Assembly: GCF_964194025.1 (NCBI RefSeq)
Contig: NC_134472.1
Span: 51,584,001 to 51,648,000, forward strand
DNA: 64,000 nucleotides
Reading direction: 5' to 3'
From: Convolutriloba macropyga
Taxonomy: Eukaryota
Part shown: positions 1 to 13,447 of the stretch, in pieces
How positions within the stretch are numbered: the stretch's first letter is position 1
How the letters are laid out: the number at the start of each line of letters is the position of its first letter
Program-made: the position numbers and the translations under genes
The notes under the pieces: generated by a model
The model's input: the letters and a program-made list of their open reading frames with translations, nothing else
What the model was told of the DNA's origin: nothing
Databases searched by the model: none

Positions 1-2998
1 AATTGATTGTCTAAAAGAAAACTGATTGTTTAAGCGTAAAAATTTTAAAGCTTTCGTTGACATGTTTAGCGTATTTTAGCTTTCATAAATGTTAGCATTT
101 GTTTGCGTTTGATGCTATCAATGGAAAATATATAAACCTCAGTATTGCATCTGACAACGCTGATTTCAAAAAAATTTACATTTGATATTCTACGTTTCAC
201 AAGATTTTAATGTTACCCTTTGCAACTCTGCACGTTGAATTGTAGAAAACTGACCAAACAAAAAAACAATTTGAGCATATAGTTCCTTCCTCACTGAAGT
301 GGTTAGGCAGAGAAAAACGATACGCTCACAACATCAAAACTACTCTTCTTCGAAGTCGCTTGAAAACAAACTACTTAATCTGACAGATGCTATCTCGGTT
401 TTTAATTTATATAACCAATTGTTGCACATAGATCAAAGTAATCCGGAGAAAACTGTCGTCAATTTCTTTGTTAGACTCAGCAGCAACACTTAATGACTAA
501 TACAAGCAGAACTCTATGCTAAGGACATTTTTACGCAACCACTGTGTTCTAGCCGAACAAAACCATAGGCTATTTGCCTATATTACAAGATATATTCATT
601 GACCTCCTCTGCACAAAAAAGGGATCTTTCGATAAATTTATCATGATTTCAAATCAATCGTTTTTTTTTCTTAAAATTGAAAAAACGTCAAGAAATATTT
701 AACAGGAAAAAAACGCGCCTAATTATAATACGAAATTATTTTGGATTGGAAAGCTATACCATTACACCAAGAGTTTTCTTGCTTCCGCTGCTTGCTTTTC
801 GAAGAAACAAAAAAAATAGTGTTCCAAATGATTGTTCCTTAACAATTGATTGTCTAAAATAAAACTGATTGTTTCAGCGTAAAAATATTTAAAGCTTTCG
901 TTGACATGTCTAGCTTATTTTAGTGTTCACAAATGTTAGCGTTTGTTTGTCTTTGACGCTATCAATAGAACAAATTTAAACCTCAGTATTGCCTCGGACA
1001 ACGCCTATTTCAAAAAAATTAAATTTGATATTATACGCTTCACAAGCTTTTCAATGTTACCCCGCACAACTATGTACGTTGAATCGCAGAAAACTGACCA
1101 AACAAAAAAGCCAGTTGAGCATATAGTTCCTTCCTGACTTAAGCGGTTCGGTAGAAAAAGAACGATATGCTGTTAACATCAAAACGAAGTCGCTTGAAAA
1201 CAAACTACCTATTCTGACACATGCTATCTCCGTTTTTAATTTATATAACCAATTATTGCACATAGATCAAAGCAATCCGGAGAAAACTATCGGTAATTTT
1301 TTGTTAGACTCAGCACCAACATTTAATAATTATACAAGCAGAATTCTAAGTTTAGGACATATTCAAGCAAACACTGTGTTAAACCAACAGAACCATACGC
1401 TTTTTTGCTGAATTTACGATGTATATTCATTGATCTTCTCTGCACAAAAATGGGATATCTCGATAATTAAATCATGATTTGAAATTATTCGTTTTTTATT
1501 AAACTTGAAAAAACAGTTAAAATTTTTCAACATAAAATGAGAGTGCCCCATTACAATACGAAAAAATTTTGGATTGAAAAACTATACTTGTACACCAAAT
1601 TGATTCTTGTCTCCGCTGCTTGCTTTTCTAAGAAGCAAATTAGTGTTCGAAATGATTGTTCCAAATACAATTGAGTGTCCAAAAGAAAACTGATTTTTTA
1701 AGAGTAAAAGATTTTAAATTGTCGTTAATAGATTCAGCGTATTTTAGCGTTCACAAAAAATTAGCTTTTTTGGCGTTTGAGGCTATCGATTGCCAATATT
1801 TCAACATCCGTAGCTCCCCTGACAAAGCTAAATTTAAAAATGTTTTTGAATTGGATATTTTACGCTTTACAATTTTTTGAATAATACCCCTCACAACTCT
1901 GTACGATGAATCGTATAAAACTGACAAAACAAAAAAATCCATTTGAGCATATAGTTCTTTCCTCACTGGAGTGGCTAGGCACAGAAAAACTATATGCTCA
2001 CAACATCAAAAATACTCTTCTCCGAAGTCAATTGAAATTAAGCTACCTTTTCTGAGAGATGATAACTCGGTTTTTATTTTATTTAACCAATTGTTGCACA
2101 TAGATCAAAGTTATCAGGTGAAAACTATCGTTAATTTTTTGTTAGACTTGGCACCAACGCTTAACAACTAATATAAGCAGAACTCTAAATTTATAACAAT
2201 TTTACGCAAACATTGTGTTTAGCCATTGAAACCAATGGCTAATTTTACCGCTTTTTGCTCAAATTACAATGTATGTTCAAGGACCTTCCTTGAAGGTAAA
2301 AGGGATACGTCGATAATTGAGCTTTGATTTCAAATCTTTTTCGTTTCTAATAAACTTGAAGAAAAGCGAAAGTTTTAAAAGAAAAAGGTCAGCGCCCCAT
2401 TACAGTTCAAATACTTTTTGGACTGCAAAATTATTATATTACACCAAAAGTACTCTCGCTTCCGTTGCTGGCTTGTCTAAAAAACAATTGATTGTTCCAA
2501 AATCAAATGACTGTCGAAAAGACAAATGATTGTGAAAGTAATAACGTAAGCCTGTCGTTAACAGTTTCAGCATATTTTAGCGTTCACAATTATTTTATAT
2601 TGTTGCGTTTGAGGCAATCGTTCACAAATATTTTAACCTTCACAACTCTTCGGACAACGCTAAATTCAAAAATTGTTAGAATTTGATATTCTACGCTTCA
2701 AAAGTGTTCTAACGCGGTTACTCACATTCTGTACGACGAATATTTTGATCAGAGAAAATTGACTGAGCCGAAAAACCAATTTCAGCATATAGTTCCATCC
2801 TCATTAAAGTTGGTAGGAACAAAAAACCGATATGCACTTAGCATCAAAAATGCTCCATCTCGGAGGGAATTGAAATTAAGTAACCTTTTCTGACAGATCT
2901 TACCTTGATTTTTTAATTGATATAACCAATTGTTGCATATAGCTGAAAGTGATCAAGAGAAAACTGTAGTTAACTTTTTCTAGACTCAGCAGCAACGT
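1..2998. repeat. Tandem array of ~835 bp units (~3.6 diverged copies, runs off the left edge) containing a degenerate HINE family A terminus
   Basis: Anchor (g/c)agcatatagttc at 273, 1117, 1945 and 2783 (periods 844/828/838). The unit segment atattctacg...aactgacc...gagcatatagttcc aligns by eye to 39650-39790. Confidence 0.9.
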
Positions 2999-3258
2999 TT
3001 GCCTGAGAAAATACTCTGAAAATCAAAAGGTTTTCTCCAACTTTTATGTTTGCTACTAATTCTTTTTTCTAAGGAAAACATTGATTCTGTTGAGTTCGAA
3101 AAGCTATTTCACAAGATTACCATGGCTTTCGAGAATAATGATATCAAGCAATTATTACTATGTATATAACGCAAAATATTACTACGCAAGATATGTCACT
3201 ATTTTGACGGTTTCATTGTTCCATGAATTAAAAAATACTCGTGCAAGTGCTCCTTACT

Positions 3259-3295
3259 AAACGAAGATGATCGGTAATGTGTGTTCGCACATAAT
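3259..3295 (-). mobile_element. Degenerate hairpin end of HINE family A
   Basis: tcggtaatgtgtgttcgcacataa matches tcggtaatgtgcgatcgcacataa at 36799-36822. Confidence 0.55.
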
Positions 3296-3597
3296 TATCC
3301 AAAATTTAAATGTCAGATGTGTTATTTACGCAATATCCGATTCCACAGATAAAATTATACTTCTGCTGCCCTAGCAGTTCAACCATTAACATTGTGTCAA
3401 TTTAAAAATAACATTTGTTTTCTGCAGCTTTGAAAAAAAAATCATGACTTTTGGGTGGAGATCAAATTTTGCTGTTTTACATATAATCAAATGACAATTG
3501 GACAAAAATTTTCCTCCCATACACAAGAAATTCAACAATTGTATAATGTATTAAATTGGGTTGTTAAATTATGATGAAACTGGTAAAAAAAAACTGA

Positions 3598-6005
3598 TGC
3601 AAAAAATTTGAATTGTATTGGGGTGCAGTCTTTTTTACGACCCGAATAGGAGATATTGTTATCTATTTTTTAACGACTCGAAGAGGCGTTATAGTTTTCT
3701 GTTTTTTTGATAAGTTAGCTTGGAAACCGGAAGACCAGGGAGTAAATAAAGTTTGAAAAAGATATTTCAGTGATGAAAATCGAAGAGAAGGGAAATTAGC
3801 CACTGGTTATTTTATTCATGCATTCTTTTGAAAAAGAGCTAGGAATGTAGGTGTGAAAAAATTTAATAAGCGAGTTACGCTAAATTTAACGCTAAATTTA
3901 GTTTTTGTCAATTTCTTCCCTGATTTTTACTGTTTTCGAAACTTTCAGCCCATTGTATTGTTTTATTGAATTTGGAAAAATAATTAAAACCTCATGCTTC
4001 TAGGTTCTGTTTACTACAAAGGATATAAGTTCAATTTGCTACAAAGTTATATGTTTCCATGAAAATTCACAAAATAAGAGAGAAATTTTGAACAGATTTA
4101 CTTTCATTTTTTTTCTCACTCTTTTCTCCTTTCTTTAAAAAATAGCAACCTTTGTGATTTTTTTGTGTTAAATTAATAGTTTTCATTGCATAAAACATTT
4201 TTTTTGCTTTTTTTGTACTCGTACTTTATAGTTAGTTAGTTTGATGGGGCATTTTTTTTGTTTTTCGGCTTTAGGTTGTTGTTTTCTCTGCATTGATGAG
4301 TTCTCCAAGGAGAATTTCTGAAGCAGTTTTTTTCTTTTTTGAAACATTTTTTTCTTTTTTCTTTTGAATCTTTCTGTAAAGTGGTGTTTCTAAACAATAC
4401 TATCAAGGAGTTGTTTTTTTGGGACCATTTTGGACCATCTCAGTACTTTATAAGGGTTTTTTAGAATGCAAACTTGAGCTATTTTGTGATTTCGCCGTTT
4501 TAGACCTCTTTTTAAAATCGGTTTCGTACTGTTTTTAATCTTTTGCGTTTAAAGTAAAATGTTTGGTTGCAAATAAATTTTATGATTTTATTTGTGCTCT
4601 TTACATTTCGTTATTATCATTTTAATATATTTTTAATAGAAATAATGCTAAATTTGAACAATTTCTTTGCTTAATTTTTCTAGTTTTGAATTTTTTTGCC
4701 TAATTTTTCTCTTTTGTTTGCCTTTCAGAAAATTTTGTCACGTTAAATTGTTTAATTAGGGTTGGTGGTGGAGCTATTTCTACAAATGGAAAACAGTTAA
4801 ACTATTGATGGCACAAATTTAATAAAAACGAATTGATCAATTCAGCAATCTTTTGTTGTTTGTTGGTCCTATTCGTTTTTATTTATTTCGTCTGCAAGTT
4901 GTTTGTTCCAACCACATGACGTCATAATCACGTTAGCTATACTTTTTCTTCATTCGTTTATTCAATATCAGCTAAATTGCGTTTGTGGCATCAATTTTCA
5001 CTCTCAGTGGACCAATTTGATTTGTTCAATTCTGTGAATAAATTTTTAGTCGTACGGGATATACCTCACTCACCAAAAATGACCTCATCACTTTGAAATT
5101 GATGTTTCTCCACCTTAATTTGAAGAGATAACGTCGAGTTAGTTTGTGCTACTCAAATTGAAGACTATTTGAGAGCAGATAATAGAAGCACTATTAGTTA
5201 TACAGTTGCCTAATTAAAATCTAACATCTCAGCATTAAATAAATTTTTTTTTCAATCTTATTCTGTTACCATCTTTTATCAGAAACCTATTGCGGCTTTT
5301 AACAGAAAGCTACTGATCTACAAAGCTATTGCTTCTTTTTCTGGCAATTTGACAGCTATGTTTAGGTTCTGCTCCAATTGAGTTTTTTTCAGTGGGTTTG
5401 GGTCGTCTCGTTTTGCTACTTAATAATAGACAGGGGTTTTTTTTTAGGTGTGTTGAGAAGAGTTATCAACAGTTTTTCAATTTTTAGAGAATAATATAAA
5501 ATTGACGAGTTTTTCAGACTTTTCCTTTAACTCCTTTCTGTTTTTTGCTAGCTTTTTCTCAATTTTCGAGTTGTATCCCTGGTTGTTTTCTCGCATCACT
5601 TGAAATTTGTTTGAACAAAACTAAATCATAGCAGACAGTATATTAAGAATGTTGCTATTGGTGTCGCATCCAATGAAATGTTTTCAAGAAAAAATTTATT
5701 TCTATCTTTTCACATGACATTTTGTTACCTCAGTTTAGTGTTTCAAATCGATTGCAATAATGAAACCAATAGTTTTATTGGTTAGTGCTTGATTAGGATC
5801 TAAGTTTTAGTTTACTTCGAGTTCATTCCAGATTTTAAGGCTAAGATCTGTTTACACAATTTCATGATTTTTGAAGTCACATTGAAGTGATATTTTTGGT
5901 GACAGCGCAGCCGAAAATGCAAGAAAAAGCGAGTTTTTTTGCGAAAATTTTTTTTTCACCATATATCAAAATAGAGTCAGAAAACAATGTTTGATTTAAA
6001 AAATA
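3598..6005 (+). repeat. Mosaic interspersed repeat including an inverted copy of HINE family C (hairpin end at ~5343-5363)
   Basis: Reverse complement of 3600-3700 matches 18460-18520 and 27835-27905; 4860-5363 matches 16940-17420 and 40900-41280; 5840-6000 matches 17575-17730. Confidence 0.65.
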
Positions 6006-6539
6006 GCTTTCTCGCTTGCTGTTTTTTTTTCGCATGCGGCAATTTGAATTCAAATTCTACACTTTTTCAATTTTTTATTGCATTTTAAATATAAATGGTT
6101 TTTGCAATGCGTTCAATTTTTTGTTTAGTCGAGGAGACTTTTTGGATTGTTTCAGGACTTTGCCTATTATTTTTTTAAGTTGTATTCACACATTTTTCTA
6201 TGACATTGAGCTTTCGAAACGAGGTAAAAGAACTAAAGCTCAGTGGGCATTAAATTTCGTTTAAAAATCACAACTAGATTTAGTAGTCTTTTAGGATCTT
6301 TGATTGTTGAACGGTTTCAATGTGAATGAGTCATTTTTTGTTGTGTCTGCGCCGAAAATGGTTCAATTTTCAGGGTTTTTGTTATTTTTATTGTTCGTTG
6401 TCAGTAGGATAAAAAATAACGCTTCTATAATATTATAAAGTTCTTTTACAAGTCGTAAAAACTTATATGCGTGTTTTTGTGCTATATATTTTGGTATTAT
6501 AAACCTGAACACTCAAAAAATTGATAAATTTTGCAATTT

Positions 6540-7830
6540 ATATTTCAAGTTTTTTTTGAAATTTTGCGTCATTTTTTTCAATCTTTAGGTGTCAATGAAA
6601 CATTTTCATAGCTTTATCATGGGTTAATGAATAGTTTTTAAAGACATTGAATTGGTTTTGAAAATATTAATATCAATAAATTTAACGACTTTTTTTTTAC
6701 CACATGCAAAGTTTTGTGAACTTTTCTTGTAAGTTTTTTTGAGCTTTTGGATCCTCAGAGGTCAAAAAATCTTAGCCTTGACAGTAGATTACTGAACAGC
6801 TCTTAACCACATTGAAATAGTCTTGAGGATAATGATTTTGGTAAATTTAGTAAATTTACCAAAATCGTAGATACCTATATACCTGTCATTTTTTTTTTAA
6901 GTTTTCGTGAAATTTGTCGAAAAATTGTTTTAATGGTCAATGAAAACTTTTTATTGCCTGACGATGGATTACTGAATAGTTTTTAAAGATACTGAAAAAA
7001 TTTTGGGGATCTTACTATCACTATATATAGCGATTTTTCATTATAACTAGTCAATTTTTGTGAACTTTCAATTCTTCAATCAATTTTTTGAGTTTTTCGA
7101 TTATTTGGCGTCAATTAAAATTTTCTGTGGCAATAAAATGGCTGACTAGATAGTATTTAGAAACAACCACTTGGTTATGAAGATATCAGTATCAATTTTT
7201 TTTTCAGCAAACTTTGAGAATTGTAGCTAAATTGCAGCTTTTTCAATTTTTTTTCTATATTTTATCATTTTTTACATCTTTTGTCCTATTCGGCCTAAGA
7301 AAGTTTTACGAGCTTGGTGTTGAGTAAATTGTTAGTTTTCAGAGACAAGGATTTGATTTTGCGGATATTAAATTGACGAAATTCAGCCGCCTTTCGAAAG
7401 ACAATTACAGTTTTTTATTAAAACTTTTTTCTAATTTTTGGGTGTTGTTTGATCTTTAAAATCAAGCAAATCTTTTGAGGGCTTGAAAATGGTTTACTAA
7501 ACATATTCATGAGACAATGAAAAGTTTTGAAGATCATTAGATCAAAGATTTGAGATTGATTTTCAAAATTTTCCGACTTTTCGATTTATAGAGGCAAACA
7601 AAACCTTTTTAGGGCTTGCAGACGCCATAATTAATAGTTTGTAACGAAAGAAAATAATTTTGAATTTTAAAATATCAACAGAATTATAGCAACTTTCTGA
7701 AAATTCTTGGTTTCCTTCAAGGGTTTCGATTTTTTTCGGTTGCGAGTTTTTTTAATCTTCGGAGGTCAATGAAACACTTTAAGGAATGAAACCATATTAC
7801 TGAATCGTTTAGAGGTGAAAAACCATTTTT
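6540..7830. repeat. Diverged satellite, ~170-180 bp period, ~8 copies
   Basis: gtcaa(t/a)(g/a/t)aaa-type anchors at 6591, 6761, 6936, 7110 ... 7765, each followed by similar ctgaatagtt/agaca(c)tgaa blocks. Confidence 0.65.
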
Positions 7831-8488
7831 TCAAAACTTGTGCTTTATTAAGGGACATATTTAAAATGACAAAATTTTTGGCTTTCAGGATTTTAGCTGC
7901 AAGAATTTTTGCATTGTCAGTGTTTTAGTGTTATCTAAATTTCTGAAACTCCGTTTGGCTGGCACTGCTCAATTGGTCTGCAGTGAATTATGGTAATTCT
8001 TAGTTTTTCAACTTATTCTTCGGATTGTAATTCAGGCCTTGTCCTGCTATGTTTTTGCAAGATCTCTTCACAATTTTTCTGCATTTTCACGTTACTGAGA
8101 AAACAATTTAGAGTGGTGTTTCAATAAGGCTGGATTAGTAAAGGGAGGAAAAAAACGAGTTTATAAAAGGCGTAATTTATTATTCAAACTACTTTTAAAG
8201 TTGAGTGATAAATCGGTATTTGAATAAATTTACAGTTTTTGTCGAATTTTTTCTTCACGAGCGGTAATCTGACTTCCTTTTTCAGTTTTTCATCTCTTGA
8301 TTACTATTAAAATGACACATGTATTGAAATTGTGTCTATTTGCATCTTCATGAGTTCTAAAGCAGGCAGTTAATGCTTATTATGACTCTTACACTAATTA
8401 TTGTCAAGAAATATTCGTGATTATTTGATATTTGCCCATCTTTATTAAAAGTTTCTGTCGTACTAACCTTTCTGTTGTCACTTAGTAA

Positions 8489-8595
8489 TTTCATTGACAA
8501 GTCTGATGAGCAACTAGAGAGGCATAAATGAACATAATTTATTTTCATTGACAAGTCATTGATGAGTAACTAGAGAGGCATAAATGAACATAATT
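8489..8595. repeat. ~52 bp near-perfect tandem duplication
   Basis: tttcattgacaagtc..tgatgag(c/t)aactagagaggcataaatgaacataatt occurs twice. Confidence 0.9.
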
Positions 8596-8649
8596 AAAGG
8601 TTCGTGTTCAAAGCTAGGGGTTTCCCTGACTTTGATATTTTTTTTAGTT

Positions 8650-9650
8650 TTGAGTTTTGGGTGCATTTGCTGTACTCTTAGTGGTGCTTTGATATAACAT
8701 CAATAAGGACGCAATAATTTTTATTGCTCATACTTCCTTCTTATCTCTTAATCTCATTAATAACATAAGGTGATCTTGTATGGTGCTAAAAATGCCCAAA
8801 ATAACCGTTGCAGTTTATAGCTTTTGATTTTTATTTTTCAAATACGTGGTTAGTTTTCAACTAAGTTTAGTAAATTATTGAATTTGCCACTGATAATTGT
8901 ACACATTGCCAATATATCTCAATATATAGCTCAATCTCATCAGCTGCTAATTTGGATTACGTTAATGGAAATAACTTCTTTAAGTCCGTAGCTGTTGTTT
9001 TCCATGACTTTATAATATTTGTTTTTAACAGAATTAGCGAACTTCTGATTTTTGCAAATTTTGGTTGGATTCTTGTCATAGCATTTGTCTCAATAAGGAC
9101 AGGTTTCATCGGTTGCTAATGAGGAATAATACCCAGATAGTCGCTTGAGTTCTCAACAGTCGATTTTTAGTTTTGGCATTTTTTTTTTCAAAAAAATGAA
9201 AATTTATTTTTTTGTTCTGTTTGCTCTATTGTTTCTCTTGTTGTCTTATCGGTTAGTCTCAAAAGTAACAATTCTTATTTAGAAATGCTAAAGGTATTTA
9301 TTACGTCTAAAGTTTTATAATAGGCTGTGCTGAAGGATATTGGCATGTAGTTTTGAGGTTCTCTTGTCACCGGCCAAGATTCTAATTGTTGCGACATTCT
9401 CTAGTTTTTTACTTCTGTGATTGATTCCCACAATGTTGTTGTTTTTTGTACTCACTGTAAGGATGTGTATAGTCAAAGTTTTGCTATTGTTAGAGATTCT
9501 AAAACGCCAAATCTTGAAAAAGTTATGTTTAAATTTTTGTGCTTTTTTGTGCATATTGGGTCAAGGGCTTTGTTGTTTATCATAGATTGAGGTTGCTGTG
9601 TAAATGCTAATAGTCAGGTCCTTAAATAATTCAATGCTTTGAATTGTAAA
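8650..9650 (-). mobile_element. Highly decayed LINE ORF2 fragment
   Basis: Minus strand near 9330-9372 reads GDKREPQNYMPISF, resembling the KGD...NYRPIS motif that precedes RT; many stops and frameshifts. Confidence 0.35.
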
Positions 9651-10199
9651 TCAGGACTTCTGCTATTTTTTAAACATGTTTCATTAGTGCTCTGGCATAA
9701 TTCACAAACCCGTAGTCCGGGCGGATTCTGAAATGTTAAATTATTTAATGTGACGGCCTGACAATTTATAAGGAAGATCAGGATCATAAAAAAAAGAATG
9801 ATAGTACAAAAAACGGAAAATGAAATAACAAACCTGTTGTAGACAAAATTTTTGCGAAAAATGGAATAATTAGAGAAGCTTTAACCTTTTCTCAAGCGTC
9901 TACAGGTATAGTTTAAATGGAAGTTGTTATTCGAATTATAATGCTAAGTATTCGGACCATAATTTTGGATGATAAGAGCAGAACTATTTTAACTTCCTCC
10001 ATTCTTAGTATTTTTCCAACAATTGTCGCCTTCTACAGTTCTTTTTGATTAAAAATGTTGACTCCTAGCTGCTGCAACAGAAAACGTTTTTAACGTGTTG
10101 ATTTTATTCTTTTCATTAAACTTCAAGCTCGCACAGTTTTACAACAAAAATTAATGCTTAATCAACTTATAAATTTACATTTGAGGTTGATTCTGCCAT

Positions 10200-10870
10200 T
10201 TCTAGCCTTTGAAACTAAGGGGCCTATGGAAAAGCTATAGGTAAAAGCTATTTTTGCAAAACTTTTACATTACAGCTGTTTATAAGAAAGGAGACAATTA
10301 GAACCACAGAAATATCACAGAACTGCCGCTACGAGAGCAACTCAAATATCAATTTACTTATCAATAATAAACAAATTCTTGTCTCGAGAAAATATTATTC
10401 ATAACTGAAAATATAAACCATTGTTGATCATAATGAAATAGTTTATCGATGTTTTATTCACACCTAGTAAAAGCGTTCAATTCAATATCTTCGGATAATT
10501 TGATAAAATTAGCCCGGTTTTGGACAAAAAGCACAACTTTCATTAAATATCTTTCATTATGATAGAATGTGTTATAATGGTATTGCACAAACAGATTGGG
10601 TTGTACTGGTGTTGCTCAAGGAAAAGTTGTTGGGCCATTAAATTTCATACTTTACGTCAGCGCTCTCAGTCAAACCATTGCAAGGAATTGAAGATATTTC
10701 AAACAAAACGGACCAGTAAATGAAACCAAACAAGTTAATCTTAAATGAGCGCAAAACGGAGTTCGTTTTTATAAAATATATTTATTTTCTCAACACATCT
10801 TTTCTAAAAGGTACGTCTGGAGCCAACAGATTAGTGCAGGAGTTTAGGTATAATTTTTTACAAAAATTAA
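10200..10870 (+). mobile_element. Decayed LINE reverse transcriptase fragment
   Basis: Motif remnants in RT order: VYKKGD (~10278), KAFNSI (~10470), GVAQGKVVGPLNFILYV (~10608), LNERKTEF (~10741). Confidence 0.55.
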
Positions 10871-12023
10871 CATATTAGTCAGCTGAATAAAATTATCATT
10901 AAAATGGCATCAGCCATCTGATCTCCTGATACTTGGTTCGTCTTCAAAAAACTCTCACGGCAAGAAAAACTTTTCAAATCACATGTATTGTTCCATTTGG
11001 ATTTTATTGCTTTTTCAAAACTTCTTCTATTGACAGAATTAAAAAACAAAATGAGCGCACTGAATTTAGTTTTATCATGTCCCCTTTTTCTCATGAAAAA
11101 GTAAATCAACATTGAGTAATGGTTGGTTTATTACACAAAATTTTATTCGGGAGTGAAATAACATTCCAATTATAATTAGAAAGATAACTTCGAATATCAA
11201 AATTAAACAAATCAAATTTACTCTATTCCATTTAATTAGCTTCGCTCATTATTTGTACTCCCCGTCAAATTTAAATTGGATTGAGCACATTGTAAGTTCT
11301 GCAGTCGGAAGCGCTGAACCCATGGATAAGATTTTGTGGATCATAAACACTCTTAATAGAGAGGTTTACAAAAACGAAAACTTTGCAATACATTTTGCTA
11401 TTAAAAGTTTTTCAATTATAAAACTTTTGTATCTGCAAAAGATATCGATCGCTCGTTCAAACATGACTTGGCAAAAGTCAACATGGCATCAAGTTCCTAA
11501 AATTCGCACGGTTGGAACAATAATTCAAAAACAGGTGAGAAGGACAAATTTACCTTATGCGATCGGAGTTGGACTCCGCTTGGCTTCTAGCGTATTCCTT
11601 GTTACGCTCTAACATTTGTTCAACTTGATTTCTCATTTTCAACCATTCTGCTAGATACGCATTCTTGTTCAGAGCGGCGACCACCATATTAGCCAACAGA
11701 CATCCATCTATACACTGTTAAAGCGTTGCAAGCTTGCTTAGCATTTGCAAGACATAATGTAATTTGTAGTCCACAGAATAATTTTTGGTAGTCCATATTT
11801 TCTATATTAATTCTGGCAAAGATTCTCATAACGTCCAATCGTGCGTTGAAGACATATTTTGACTGTTTCGAGTTTTTTTCAACGATGACAAAATTTTACT
11901 AGATCGACAAATTGAAAACCCAATACAAGGTGTCTACAATTGTCAATGACCGTCTCTAATTGTGTTCATTGTGAAACGAGATACTAAAGAGCTTCCGTTT
12001 GTAAAAAAAATCAATTTCACTAT

Positions 12024-12029
12024 TTTATT
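12024..12029 (-). promoter_or_regulatory. Candidate polyadenylation signal AATAAA for RFC1
   Basis: tttatt on + strand, ~100 nt downstream of the RFC1 stop codon. Confidence 0.5.
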
Positions 12030-12125
12030 CAATACTCATTAGAAGAAATCAAAATGCAAATACACCAGCCGGTAAGATAATTTCAGAGACACACTAATCA
12101 AAGAGGACATCGTTTTGACACGTTT

Positions 12126-12689
12126 TTATTTGGATCCTTTCTTGGTTGCTTTTTTCGATCCCGTTCCTTTTCCACTTGCTTTAGAGGTCGATGAACCCGC
12201 TGCCTTCCCCTTTCCTGAATTTGCACTACCAGCTGCTTTTTTAGGAACCTTTTTCGAAATCAAACCGGGAATAAAGTCATCATCTTCTTCATTCTCGGCA
12301 TCTTTATTGGACGGGTTACCCTCTTCGTTTTCACCGCCTAATAATACTGCATCATCAGCGTCTCCCGGTTTCTTTTTCTTCGGGGCTGAATTTGCATTAG
12401 CACTCTTGTAAGACAACTTATTGTAGAGTCGAGTAAAGGCAGATTTGTTTTTAGTGCTGACTAACTTCCACGGATCGTCCGTGTCACTCATTTGACTCAT
12501 TGAAAAGATTGTGTCAAGGTCATCTCGAGTGAGATCCATGTCAAGCAAAGCATTCACGCCCATTTCAATGCCATTCTCCTCTTTGGAGTGAAGACAGTCG
12601 ACAAAACGTTTCCGCAACACGGGCATGATTTGCATGTTAAGGTCTTGCTTCGAGGAGTTGAAATGAAGACGCGTATGAACCTGCAGATC
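12126..12689 (-). CDS. RFC1: Replication factor C subunit 1, last coding exon (RFC1 C-terminal domain and Lys-rich tail)
   Basis: Acceptor ttttag| at 12690, then GAT CTG CAG (DLQVHTRL...), phase 0 and in frame with ORF 12126..12635. Continues the ...NDRLLQ of the upstream exon; KSAFTRLYNK is an RFC1 C-terminal motif. Confidence 0.92.
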   Translation of the reverse strand, partial: DLQVHTRLHFNSSKQDLNMQIMPVLRKRFVDCLHSKEENGIEMGVNALLDMDLTRDDLDTIFSMSQMSDTDDPWKLVSTKNKSAFTRLYNKLSYKSANANSAPKKKKPGDADDAVLLGGENEEGNPSNKDAENEEDDDFIPGLISKKVPKKAAGSANSGKGKAAGSSTSKASGKGTGSKKATKKGSK

Positions 12690-13447
12690 CTAAAACGTTA
12701 TGTATCCTAACCAGATGAACCAAAAATGCCTGAGCAACCTAAAATTATACAGGACCTGTTTATTTGCACATTTTTTAAATATTGTTAATTAAAAGGTCAA
12801 TTTGATTGAATCCCAACAAGAAGTTAACTGTAATTGAAACTCTGTACGTTTCACAGGAACTTAATGGCTGAAAGCACTAGCAAACACAGCTGTCAAAGTT
12901 TTCAATAACAAATCGAAGTAACAGCCAGATGAAACAGCAGTTCAAATTTTTGCCAATCGTTCACTCAACAACGTCTATTTAAAAGCATTTTAAATAGAAT
13001 GAGTGGATGCAGCGATGACTGTACAAGTCTAAACGATTCGACGCAAATATAAGTAAAATCGGCAAATATAAGTAAAACAAGAATCTTTTTGACGTGAACA
13101 GCAAAAACGGACAAAGCCTGAATTGAGTGACAGAACTACAGACCTGACTACCCGGTTGATTTACAAGAGTTTTTATCAATAAAGCAAATGAATGTAAACA
13201 CTTAAGACAAAAATTTAAAAAAAAACTGTATTTTAGAGCTCCAGTGGTGTAGAATATCTTAGAAAACACAAGGTGGGAAACCGATGAAATTTTAGCTTCT
13301 GAAGAAACTACACTGAATGCTTTTGATAAAGTCAGGACAAACTAATTCTCGCGCCGGGAATGAGGGCAAGGGCAAGAACAGAGATTAAAAAGATTTTTGA
13401 AAATGAGCCAGGTCAATTTATTACAATACAATTACAAATAGAAAACA

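Noticed and set aside
1-2998. CRISPR array or coding repeats
   Set aside because: Units are ~835 bp with no unique spacers and no cas genes; the short ORFs are not preserved between units.
8495-8540. ctgatgag hammerhead-ribozyme core in the 52 bp duplication
   Set aside because: No GAAA core or supporting stems, and the second copy disrupts the motif.
11253-11612. 119 aa + strand ORF
   Set aside because: Non-ATG start, no recognisable motifs, adjacent to LINE debris.
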